In this document: piece after piece, positions 1-12,700 of the stretch
Layout of the letters: each line of letters opens with the position of its first letter
Position numbering within the stretch: position 1 is the first letter of the stretch
Source: Tubiluchus corallicola
Taxonomy: Eukaryota; Animalia; Priapulida
DNA: 64,000 nucleotides
Direction: 5' to 3'
Assembly: GCA_030141605.1 (NCBI GenBank)
Contig: JAQGDQ010000165.1
Span: 186,001-250,000 of the forward strand
Made by a program: the position numbers and the translations under genes
Notes under the pieces: generated by a model
Told to the model about the DNA's origin: nothing
What the model saw: the letters and a program-made list of their open reading frames with translations, nothing else
Databases searched by the model: none

Positions 1-786
1 GTGGAATACGGCTTTCAGGTCAGCGAAACTATAAAGCTTCGTTCGCATTATCGTGACTGACAATCACAAATACATGTTGATAGAAAACCAGCTAGCAGTT
101 TAATCTGTCACTCAATTGGTAAATCAATCAATAAATCAATCGACCGACTGGCACGACTGACCAACCAACCAATCAACCAACAACTAACTACAAACCAGCC
201 AATCAACCAACCAGCCAACCACAACCAACCAAGCAGCCCATCAACTAACTGACTGAGTGACTGATTGACCAACTGATCAAACAAGCAACAACCAAACAAC
301 AAATTTTGCGATCATTTATTCCAGTCTGTCGCTAAAATATCACAAATGCAAATAGTAAACATTTTGTGAAAATATCGATTTGTAGTTTTGTCTTAAACGA
401 TTGTCAATTTAACAGTAGTCATCAGTTTATTAATTTAATGATTGGTAATTAATTTAGAGATGTTTGGTTTGACAGATTGACAAGGCAAACTTCGTTGAAT
501 AAGTTTATTCATTGTTTTACGTAAACGATCAGCCATTCTATACGTAAACACGCACTTTATGTATGAGATTACGTAAAGTGGCTATTATAACGCTTTTAGC
601 GCCACCTGGTTTGGAGTTAGTGCAAATGATTGAGTGAGATTAAAGGTGGATTAATAAGCAAGTATTTTATACAAGTTTCAGTTTGTTAGAGGGTGAGAAA
701 TGTTACAGTGAAATTTTAAGCAATACCATAGAATAGTTTCGCGGGGTTTAAAAATACAAGCACTTGATTCAAGTGACAGTATTACT

Positions 787-1344
787 TTAAAGGAAACGAC
801 AAAACACTCAATATGATGGGATTATTTTACTGTTATCGCTTAAACTTAGAAAAATATAACAAAGAAAACTGCAAAGAACTGCCTATAAAGCATAAATTTA
901 AGATATACTACCTCTGAATAGAAATTTTCTGACCTGGTGGTTGCCGTTATTCATTTGGAAATTATGACGTAGCTGGGAGACTTCGTGACTTTTCGTAAGC
1001 GCGTCGTAACTTTTCGTAAGCTTAAACTAAGTCTAACTTCTGCAGTTTACCTAATGTACACGCAGAAATATAACAAAATTAGCTATATAATTATTCTGTA
1101 AAAACTTATTATACTTTTGATGAAAAATTGACCGTGTGCTGATTTCTTCAAAATGAATAACGTCTTTGGTGAAAGAATGGGCATTGAAAATGGGAACGCC
1201 CAAGCATGAAATAGTCTCGATTTTTAAAGTGATTTTACTAATTACATAAGGCGCTTATTGCAGTTTTATTACTAAATGCTTCTAACATTTTTCGCGAATA
1301 TTGAGAAAAAATTGACTTTCCAGAAGACTTGACCTTTCGTTTAA
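787..1344 (+). mobile_element. TTAA-flanked ~550-bp MITE (Kolobok-like), copy A
   Basis: TTAA|AGG..CGT|TTAA. Homologous to 7291-7840, 38453-38998, 49316-49870 and partial ~42370-42620. Confidence 0.75.
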
Positions 1345-1640
1345 GGCTAAAATTGTAAAAATTGATAAATAAATTGTTAATTTTTCTGTTTTCTGTTACA
1401 AACGCGTGTAATCCATTATACGTCTTTCCATGTGTGAATGTGAAGCTATACGAGGGATTGGGGCATATTACCTTTTCGGAGCGTGTGCCATGCGACTTTT
1501 GCAAAATGTATTTATAATTATGTAAATTGTGCAATAGTTCGTTGAGAAAATCACTTCAAGGTGGTCACAAATAACCAAAGTCACATCTTGCTGGAGCAAC
1601 ATCACTATTCGTAGTTATAGTCCGGTCCGTTTAGGTCAAA

Positions 1641-2022
1641 TTTTAGCGAAATGGAGACTGACTAGATACCGCTACCAAACTTTCAGGAATGATTCTTTAA
1701 GCCATTCTAACAGCGTTTTGAACATTTTTACAAAATTTCGCGTTTTAGCCACTTCGTGTGTTCCAAGGTCACTAATCATACCACCAAATGAAAACCCACG
1801 TATAAGTTCTCATCCCTAATAGTACCCAAGCGTCTATCTGTGAACGTTTTGGAGTTATAAGCGTGCAAAGTGCAAAACAATTTCTAGACATTTTATTGTC
1901 CCGGGACAGCGGGCTAGCATGCAAAATTTTGTAAAAATGCCCAAAACGTTGTTAGAATGGCCTAAAGAATCATTCCTGAAAGTTTGGCAGTTGTGTCCAG
2001 TCAGTTCCCTAATTTCGACTAA
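1641..2022. mobile_element. Foldback-type MITE with ~100-bp inverted arms
   Basis: 1641-1740 is the near reverse complement of 1921-2022 (CCAAACTTTCAGGAATGATTCTTTA..CCATTCTAAC). Confidence 0.65.
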
Positions 2023-2204
2023 AGAGCCAACTGTTAGTAGCATTCCAGTATTCCACGTAGACATGTTCCAGTTGGTTCATTAGTAAAAGGATTGTGATTT
2101 TGATGACAAATTGACAACTTGATTTGCTTTTGAACTAAAAAATAGCTGAACGTGAATTATGGCTTATTACCATAAAGAAATACTAAAATTCGGGACTATT
2201 GTAG

Positions 2205-5200
2205 GTAAAAGCCCGGATGTTATCTGGATGGGGAAGCTTAAGTGAACCTGTATTTCTAACAATGCCGACCGGAAATGACGTAAAGGAAGAGAGCAACATC
2301 CCCATAATAGCTGGAGTCGTGGCTGCTGGATATGTCAGTCTGATGTTGATCGTTGTCTGTATCGTTGTGATAGTGAAAAAGTACGTAACAGTTACTTCAT
2401 TGTAGTCATCATTATCCTTATCACCAACGACAGTATCATTGTCGTTGTTGTAATCATTGTTATCACCATCATCATCGTCGTCGTCTTCGTCGTCGTCACC
2501 ATGATCATCGTTATCATCAACGACATCGTTGTAGTCATTGTTATCCTATCACATTGTCCTTATTGCTATGAAGCACATCATTACTAACTATCGTCACTGC
2601 CTTTAAGTTAAGATCATGGCCATCATGGTATCAATGACATCTTTGTCTCCATCATCTTCACCATCTTTTTTTTCTTATTTTCACTATCATTTACCACCAC
2701 CAGGCTTAATGTGCGAGCAGGATACGTAAGTTGTGTGGTAGTAGTTTGCCCTGTAAATTATGTTAAGACAAACAAACAAGTATGTTTAAATTTTAATAAT
2801 TTTGTGTTGAACACGAACTTTTTACTTTTGCAGACATAGGAGGAAAATGAAAGAATCCAAGTTTACAGATGTGGACAGCTTTGACTACAGAAGCGGCGAA
2901 GGTTAGTGTTGACGATTTGCAACTTCGTAGTCATCGTTGCAGAGCTGGAAATGGGATAGCCTAGAGCACATAGGATTTGGCCCTTCACCCAAATTAACCA
3001 ATACATATGGGGTGTCATCAACAACAGCATTATACTTAGCTTGCCAATTAGATCATGGGGAGGAACATGCAATTTAAATTATTTTAAAATTAATTAATTA
3101 AATAGCTCTAATTAATTAACTATTTAACGAATTGCTATAAATTTCCTATTTTAAATCAAGGTAATGGTAGGTAATCATCCTACCAAATTTCAATTCAGTC
3201 GAATTATGCGAACATGCAATTAAAATCAATTCAAATTAATTAGTTAATTAGACAAATTTTAATTAATTAACCAATTAATGAACTGCTACAATTTTTTGAT
3301 TTTGAACCAAAAATATCCTATCTAGTCATCACACCAAATTTCAACTGGATTGGAGAAATATTTTTCGAGTTATTTCAATTTAACAATAATTTTGCGATAA
3401 TTTTACATATCCTGAGGCCGGCTTTCACCAGAACCGGGTCATGGCTAATGAAATTATGAGGCCCCCTCGACAGAGCACCCCCTAATTTGCTCGCACTCGT
3501 CTCGAACATGTTATATATAGTTGGGATATATTTTGACAACATTTGCTAAGCTGGGGACCTCATATCTCGAACAAAGGGCTTCAAAGAGGGGCCTTCTTAG
3601 TCTGAAATAAAGGGCCTCAAACACGGATCCTTTATCTCAAATGAGGAACCACTTTAAAATTGGATTTTCAGACTTCTTGACCGGATTTTTAAGTTGAAAT
3701 TTTATTTTAAGTTGTATGAATTATTTTGCAAATGCAAAGTATGCCTTCCCCCTCCAAGTTTGAGGGGCAGTAGGCTGCAGCCTATGCTTACCTGTTGGGT
3801 AATCCAGTTCTGGCTTTCGTAATAATTTTCGTAAGAAATTTCGAGGGATTTTTTTGTCTTCGTAAAGTTACAATCGCATTTAATAACCTTCTTGTGTTAC
3901 GAAACCTTTGTGAATTCTATCGTTAAGCCTGAGACAAGTTTTATTTTGTTAGGTTTTAATGTGAGTTTATTCGATTATGAAATTTCTACTGTGCCGCACA
4001 GAGAATTTTCAATAACCGTTCATATGCTATTTTATATAATCACTGGATGCCAATTGAAGAAATTAAAAGTTGAATACAACATCCTAAGTAGACGTTTTGA
4101 GTTACTCACTTGCGCGTAACTGTACAGACCCGTCCGTTTCGCCGTGTTGCCAGTCTCGCTCATGTAATACAAAACTTTGCCGTTTACTGATTGTGAAGTA
4201 TACAATCCGTTCTAAAGCTTTCACAAAAAATTGTATTTTATGATGAGTTTGTAGACGAAGCTATGACCGATTTTTCGACAGCTAAGTATTATCTTAATAG
4301 AAAAAATTCTTTCACTGCTCAGCGTGACGTCGATCCTGCGTTTTAATTGCACACAGATGCTTTCAATAGTTTAATAATGAAGTTCACTGGGTAGAAGTTC
4401 ATAGGAATTGTTAAAACGAGAGAGAGGTGAAAGAGAGAATGGTGAGAGGAAAAAGAAGAGAAAAAGAATGAATGAGTGAAAGAGAGAGGCAGGCAGACAG
4501 ACAGACACACAGACAGACAGACAGACTTTTTTGCTTACGAATAGCTTAATTTGTCGCACATTCAAGAATATACCGGTACACGGCTTTTAACCACGTGACA
4601 CCCGACAACGCGCACTGCGTGAGCAACAGTACTTTTTCTACCTAAAGTGCAGTTTATTATCTCAGACATGTGCGCACGGCCGCATGCGCACAACAGCCAA
4701 ACACTGCGTCGCTGGAACTATGAAGCGCACAGTTCCGTCACGTGCTCTTGTTCCGCGCAAGGATTTACAAGTATGTAGAAACAATTAAAGAAATAAGGCT
4801 GATTATATTGAATATTATCGATAATAGAGAGTGAAAATAGGGTATGCTGCATTACAGTTAAGACAAACTTGCACAGACAGATTAAAATATTTACAGTTAT
4901 AATAATATAAATTACACTAACGTCACCAAAGGCAATAAAGTTTTTAAAAAGCGTCCCAAAACAAGGCAGCGACTTGATGACACTTGTGCAGTTTTGACCC
5001 GGGGTAAATGTCTGTCAGTTTGACCCACAACCCATCGCGAAATTTGTGACCTCCAACCCAATAACCCGTTTCCAGCTCTCCGCCTGAAAATAAACAAATT
5101 TTTCCCCATTGTTCGCTCATTGATCAAAATTTGAGCACGACACATAAAATACTCATTCAAGTCCTTCTCCACCAATCTCGCAAAATGCTTATCAAATCAA

Positions 5201-8200
5201 TATTGATAATAATCAAATCAATATTGACGATAATTAATTAATAGTTGTATCTATGTTCAATGCAGCGGTACTCTTATGTTCGGCCCCAGTGAGTGTGTAC
5301 TCTGCTGGTAAGATAATGTGTGTTGATGGCTGTCGTCTGTGATGTTTTTTACATTCAATTTTTTATCTGTTGTACCACTTGTACGTAAATCTATAATAGT
5401 GTGCGTGCTATAATCTTATGCAATGTTTATTCTTATTTTTCTGTATTAACTGTACTTCTTCTTTTTATAAGATTATCCGTTTGAGATACCTTTTGTTACT
5501 AATGCTGTTTTCTGTCAGATTTCTTTTTATCTAACTTTGTCCCTTGAACCCTCACGTTTATTTTTTATAAACTCAAATTTTGAAAGTTGGTTGCTTGTTT
5601 TACTATTTATTGAACCATTGACCAAAGCAAATTACGAGAGACAAAGAAAAGCTGGGTTTTAAAAACATTCTATATCGAAACAAAGAAACCACATGTATGT
5701 GGTATAATGGTTCAAACACAAAAACGCATACAATGGAGCAACATACATACTTATCATAAACTTAATATTACATGTATTACAGTTAGTCAGTCATTCAGGC
5801 TTGTACTGAGTTATCTCAGTCGGGCTTATCTTCAAATATTTTGTGGACCAATCTGGCATTAATTTTAATAACTTCTACATCTTGTGACGCATTTAAGAAC
5901 ACGAACCGTTCATTAGGAGACATATAATGAAAATTGGGACAAAAATCAGAAAGAATACAAAAACATTCCTCTCTTACATGAGCGACAGAGGGCATTCAGT
6001 AATTACATGCAATTCATCTTCTACTTTGTTCAAACAACAATTTTTACGTACTCGTTCTTCTACACGTATTTTTTTCGGCTTATGATATCTACCGATTTCA
6101 ATTGCTAATTTATGAGCACTAATACGAAATCCTGTTAAGTTAGTTTCGACATGTTTTGGAACACCAATCGACAAATTATTGTCCATCTTATAAGAATTTT
6201 TAAAAGAATTATCGGTGCAGCCCGGCTCCTGCTGCCAGTACTATCTGTACCGAGGTTCAAGTTTATTGTTAATGGCTTTGATAAATTTCATTTTATTAAA
6301 TGTACCTTGGTGTTCCCAAACATGTCCTTTTACTATAAAATGTAAAATTTGGCATTAATGTGATATATTAAACGTATTCTTAACGTTGACTTGGTTTATA
6401 GTGGAATTTAATTCGACTTGCTTTAAGAAATGTACATTAGGGTTTACAAAACTTCTGTTCTTACATTCTTTGCAGTTTGCAGATACGCAGATATTATTAT
6501 TTATACTGTACCTGTGGCGTAGCTAAAGGGGGAGCAGAAGGAGCAACGGCTTCCCAAAGCACGAATTGGCGCCTTTTCAAAAATGTGTTAATTCTTTAGT
6601 TCACTTGTGTGGTTTCTGAATGATTCTTTAATCGGCTGAAACAGACAAAATCCTACCATTTTCCTACAATAGGCGAGGATAGATTGTTTGCGTTAGCTTT
6701 GCTGTCCGTTGAGAGAGAGTTGGCGACTGAGGTGGATTTAATAAAATTGTAGTTTACTTTGCTAAAATAAAGCCTAAACGAAAGAGACTGTTGTAGTACC
6801 TTCATGGCACACTTTTCACAATCTTCCTTTTGTTTTCATTTTTAGTTTAAAATAAAAATTGAACTTACTGTAAAACTTTAATTGTGTTTAATTTTAAATA
6901 CAAAGCAACAGCTATGTACTTCCTTTAAAACTGTATTTTCCTCGTCTTTCGATTTTAAACGCAAATTTAAAATGTATAATCAGCCCTTCCTTTAAAAATT
7001 GTTAGGCATGTGTCGCTGCGTCCTTTTGTATGTGCTTGCTCCCCTTATCTTTAGAACTTGGCTACGCCCCTCTACTGTGCCCTATTTTATATGTGATTTT
7101 ATAATATCTAATATTTTGCTTATAATAGGATTAACTCCACTCTATGCTTGTCGACCAAAATCTTACATAGATCCGCATACATATGAAGATCCAAGCCTTC
7201 TCATATCAGATTTTGCAAAGGAGATAGACCCTGGCGATGTGTTGATAGAAGCTGTCATTGGTGGAGGTAAGCTAACTGAAGATTTCAAATTTAAAGGCAA
7301 AGCCTATTCTTTTGGGAAGGTGGGTTTATTTCAATGTTCGCGAAAAATATTAGAAGGATTTAGTAACGAAAGTGTGATAACGACTATTGTAATTAGCAAA
7401 ATCAGTTTAAAGTCGCGATCATTTCATGCTTGTGTGCTCCCATTTTGAACGCTCATTATTCCACCGCTGACGTTATTCAACGGCTGAAGGAAGCAGTGTG
7501 TCAATTTTCGTCAAAAGAGTAACAAGTTTTTACAAAAAGCAGATACTAATTTCGTAGTATTTTTGCATGAGCATTGGGTAAGCTGTAGTGTAAGCAGCAC
7601 ACGCTTACGGAAAACCATATGCGTTTACGAAAAGTCACGAAGCCCACCAGTTACGTCACAATGTTCAAGTGAATAACGGCTACCATCGCGCTTGAAAATA
7701 TCTATACAGCGGCAGTAGAAATTAACTTTATGCTTTGTAGACAGTTTTTTACAAATTTTTTTGTTATATTTTTCTAACTTTAAGTGATAACAGTAAAAAA
7801 AGTAAACCCAACATGCTAAGTGACTTGTCTTTTTCTTTAAGGTGGACTTGACCACCATGCTGCTTTGCATAACAGTGAAGCTGATTATATTTTTGTTGTG
7901 TTTCTTTCTATAAGCAGTAAATTTTCTTCTAGGTGAGTTTGGAGATGTGTGCAGGGGTCGGTTATATGGCAAAATGAACATACCTGTAGCAATTAAGACC
8001 TTAAAAGTGGGCGCTTCTGAACGGTCTAAACGAGACTTTCTCTTAGAAGCCAGCATTATGGGCCAGTTCGATCACTCAAATGTAATCAAGCTAATTGGAG
8101 TAGCCACAAAAAGTGAGTTGCCGACAGACCTATATAAATGTTTTTTTACAGCAATCTTAATTATGTTTGTTGCTCAGATTCTTTCTACTTCATGAATATT

Positions 8201-9567
8201 GTCAGTTAAAAGGTAAAATGCAAAACTTGCAAACTAGAATAATGCAAAAATATTAAAATGCAGTGTCTTCTAACGACGCGTTCAGACCAGCATGTTTTCT
8301 CGTCAAGTAAACTTGCCAATTTAACTCGCCAAGCAAGTAAGTACTTACAAGAGTGTTCAGACTAGGGAACAAAACTTGCTGCGAGTTACTCGACGACAGT
8401 ACGCGCGAGCAAGCTGACACTCATTTCTCTATTCACTACGAGAAGTGTCGAAAGTAACTCGCCAAGCAAGTAAATACGTACAAGAGTATTCAGACTAGGG
8501 AACAAAACTTGCTGCGAGTTACTCGACGACAGTAAGCACGAGCAAGCTGACACTCACTTCTCTATTCACTACGAGAAGTGTCGAAAGCAACTCGCCAAGC
8601 AAGTAAATACGTACAAGAGTATTCAGACTAGGGAACAAAACTTGCTGCGAGTTACTCGACGACAGTAAGCACGAGCAAGCTGACACTCACTTCTCTATTC
8701 ACTACGAGAAGTGTCGAAAGCAACTCGCCAAGCAAGTAAATACGTACAAGAGTATTCAGACTAGGGAACAAAACTTGCTGCGAGTTACTCGACGACAGTA
8801 AGCACGAGCAAGCTGACACTCACTTCTCTATTCACTACGAGATGTATCGAAAGTAACTCGCCAAGCAAGTAAGTACGTACAAGAGTGTTCAGACTAGGGA
8901 ACAAAGCTTGCTATGAATTACTCTCAGTTCTCTATTCACTGCCAGAACTATCAAAAGTAACTCGCCAAAGCCTTCACACTAGACAGTAAATCAGCTCGCA
9001 GCAACTCGCAAAGCAGTCCAAACTTCCGAATTTGCTGTTAGAGAGAAAACTCGCTAGTCCGAACCCGGCCTGTTTCGTTGCCTGATATTACTCTACATAA
9101 GTTATAATGTCTCATGAAGGAAGTCGTAAAGTACCAAGCTTCTGAAATAATATTCTCTTCCGAGATATCTTCTAATTTCAGTCTTTGGAATAGCTATTTA
9201 AATCTCTAAAAGATAATTGCCTATTTTCGAAATAAACATGTATTCATCTTCACTGGCTTAACTAATTGCTTTTGGTTTTAGCTACGCCAGTTATGATTAT
9301 AACAGAATTAATGGAGAATGGTTCACTAGATCTTTTTCTACGTACAGTAGACGGACAACTACAGTGTATACAGTTAGTACACATGCTACATGGGATAGCC
9401 TCAGGAATGGCTTACTTAGCTGATATGGCATATGTCCATAGGGTAAAGCTAAAGTTTCTTATTTTTTGTTACCTTCTCGTTTCTTCTTTATCTCAGTTCT
9501 GTAAGTAACTTGTGCTCTGTCCTAGTCTCTGTCTGTATTCAGTTCTGTTCATATTTTCTCCATGTTT

Positions 9568-9645
<78 letters not shown>

Positions 9646-9708
9646 CTTCTCCCCCTCTCTCTCTTTCTCTCCTCTTTGCCTTTCTGTCTTACTTTCTCTC
9701 ACTTTTTT

Positions 9709-9750
<42 letters not shown>

Positions 9751-9752
9751 TC

Positions 9753-9785
<33 letters not shown>

Positions 9786-12700
9786 GCCTTTTCTCATTCT
9801 TTGACTTCCTTATACCATTATTCCAATTTTAACCTCTTCTTACAGCTTTCTTTCATTCTTCCTTTTCTACATTTTCTTTTTCTCTGTTTTGCTTTTTGCA
9901 TCTTCTTTTTTCATTTCTCTCCAATATTTTTTGGCTTTTTTCGAACTTTTCTTTTTCTAGTTCTCTCCCATTCTGTTTGTTTTTCCTTTCCTCTTCATCC
10001 CTCCCTTTATTCTTTTTCCTTAGTATCTTTCTTCATTCTTATTTTTGTGTGTTTTTCAATTCATTCTTCCGATTTCTATGTATTATGAATTTCAGAAGTA
10101 TCATTGCAAAATATAATTATATTTTAACAGTTAAATATAAGCATTACATTATCGTTTCAGGATTTGGCAGCCAGAAATGTACTTATTAATGAAAATTTGT
10201 GCTGCAAGATCTCAGATTTTGGACTGAGCAGAGAAATGGAATCAAATAAAACAGACTGTGTTTATACTACCATAGTAAGTACTTATTGAAATGCTGTAAA
10301 ACCCAGAAAGCTATTTTTCTTTCCAGTCACTAATTATTTTGTGCAGCAAAATGGCAAAGGGAACAGCTATATTATGTGTCAAGTTGTGTACATGTGCTAG
10401 ATTTTGTGCTCGTGAGTGAAAAATGTACAAAAAATAGTTAAAATTTTCAGTTTATGAAATGCTTATAAATTTGAACATTTTGTGCCAGATGTGTAGGTCT
10501 GTCTGAACATTTTTTGCCAGATGTATTCGTCTGTTTGAACATTTTATGCCAGATGTGTGGGTCTGTCTGAACATTTTTGCCAGATGTGTGGTTCTGTTTG
10601 AACATCTTATACCAGATGTGTGGGTCTGTCTGAACATTTTTGCCAGATGTGTGGTTCTGTTTGAACATCTTATACCAGATGTGTGGGTCTGTCTGAACAT
10701 TTTATGCCAGATGTGTTCATCTGTCTGAACATTTTTTGCCAGATGTGTGTTTCTGTTTGAACATCTTATATGCCAGATGTTTTCATCTGTCTGAAAATTT
10801 TATTCCAGATGTATGGGTCTGTCTGAGCGTGTTATGCCAGAGGACTTTAATCGTTTTCTTACTGTCAGTTCATTGAGCTGCCTCAGAGCCTTAGTACTTT
10901 GGTGTGAAATTTTGGAACTAGTGCTAATACACTGAAAAAAAAACAGTCTATTATCAGGAAAGTGAGGTGGTACTGAAATTTTCATGTTTCAAAGTTTCTG
11001 CTAAAAAGTTTCATGTAGAAGTAGCAGTCAGAAAGTTTAACATTTAAACAACAGGGACATTTATGTCAACTCTCTCCTGTGCTCTATTTATATCATCATG
11101 TATTATGATGATATGGCTTTTGCTGAGCTCTGAGGCAAGGTATCTAACTGATACTGTCCAAGCTGCAGAAATGGTCCTAGCCCCCACAGATTCTCTCCTG
11201 TGCTCTATTTATATCATCATGTATTATGATGATATGGCTTTTGCTGAGCTCTGAGGCAAGGTATCTAACTGATACTGTCTAAGCTGCAGAAATGGTCCTA
11301 GCCCCCATAGATTCTCTCCTGTGCTCTATTTATATCGTCATGTATGCTAATGATATGGCTTTTACTGAGCTCTGAGGCAAGGTATCTAACTGATACTGTC
11401 CAAGCTGCAGAAATGGTCCTAGCCCCCACAGATTCTCTCCTGTGCTCTATTTATATCGTCATGTATGTTAATGATATGGCTTTTACTGAGCTCTGAGGCA
11501 AGGCATCTAACTGATACTGTCCAAGCTGCAGAAATGGTCCTAGCCCCCACAGATTCTCTCCTGTGCTCTATTTATATCGTCATGTATGCTGATGATATGG
11601 CTTTTACTCAGATCTTAGATGAGGCGTCCAACTGATACTGTCCAAACTGGAGTAATGGTCCTAGTCCCAAAATTTGCAGATTTGCACAGAAAAATGTATT
11701 TGTTATTTTGTCTTTTGTTGTTGCTGTGATTGTCACCATCACTGTTGCTGAATGTTATTCACAATAAGTTTCTCTTTGAAGATATAGCCGATGAGTTCCG
11801 TATTGAACTAAAAAAAGCAATTCGTATTAAGTCCTAGCCAATAGGGGATAGATTACAATTTCCAATGAAAACATTGCAAAACCCTTTGCTTGAAACACAT
11901 TGTTTATTCTATTTGCAGGGAGGGAAAATTCCGATCCGTTGGACTGCACCGGAAGCTATAGCGTACCGGAAGTTCACAACAGCAAGCGATATATGGTCAT
12001 ATGGAATTGTTATGTGGGAGGTTATTTCATATGGTGAGCGGCCATATTGGAATTGGTCTAACCAGGATGTTGTCAAAGCTGTGGAGAGAAATTATCGGCT
12101 TCCCCCTCCAATGGTAAGTTACACTCGACCATGATTAAAAATTGTTGCTGATTACCATATCTGAAGATTGGTGTCTCTCAAGTAGTTCAAATGCTTTTAA
12201 TTTAATTAAATTTTCTTCTCTAACTAAATTAAGAGTTCTTCAACATTGTACTTTTATAATATAAATGTTAAATGTGCAACAATTAGCGTAATTAGGTTAA
12301 TTAGCCCAAATGCCACTGTTAACAAAATATTTTAGAATAAATGTGGCACTGATGGATTGTGAGCTACAAGGAGGAAATCTTAGGCCTGCTCTGTCATGCT
12401 GGGCTGGTAGCTTAGGTAGTAGAGCATGGGAGTACTAATCTTAGGTCTTGGGTTCAAATCCCAAACTAACCCACAATTTTTCAGTGTTTCCTTTTTCCAA
12501 CTCATTAGCCGCAATGGATAATAATTGGTAAAATAAGCCGCAATGGTTTGCAAAAATTCCAGCAATCACAGTCATAATTAATTAATGATATCGTTAGTTG
12601 CCAGCTGATTTGGGAAAGTATTGATACCATACTTCAGAACAAGTTTGTTTGCTCTGCGCTTGAATGACGCCGAGGATTATTGGTATTTTTAACCATTTTT

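Noticed and set aside
8324-8960. CRISPR-like regular repeats (also 10468-10840 and 11071-11668)
   Set aside because: Units repeat in full with no unique spacers, lie in eukaryotic introns, and there are no cas genes.
9493-10189. ORFs of poly-SL/ER (also 35697-36408 in part, 22416-23042, 46274-46621, 48711-49063)
   Set aside because: Translations of microsatellites or low-complexity DNA.
12401-12475. Possible tRNA gene (also 45405-45478)
   Set aside because: No paired acceptor stem; sequence continues into SINE-like bodies.
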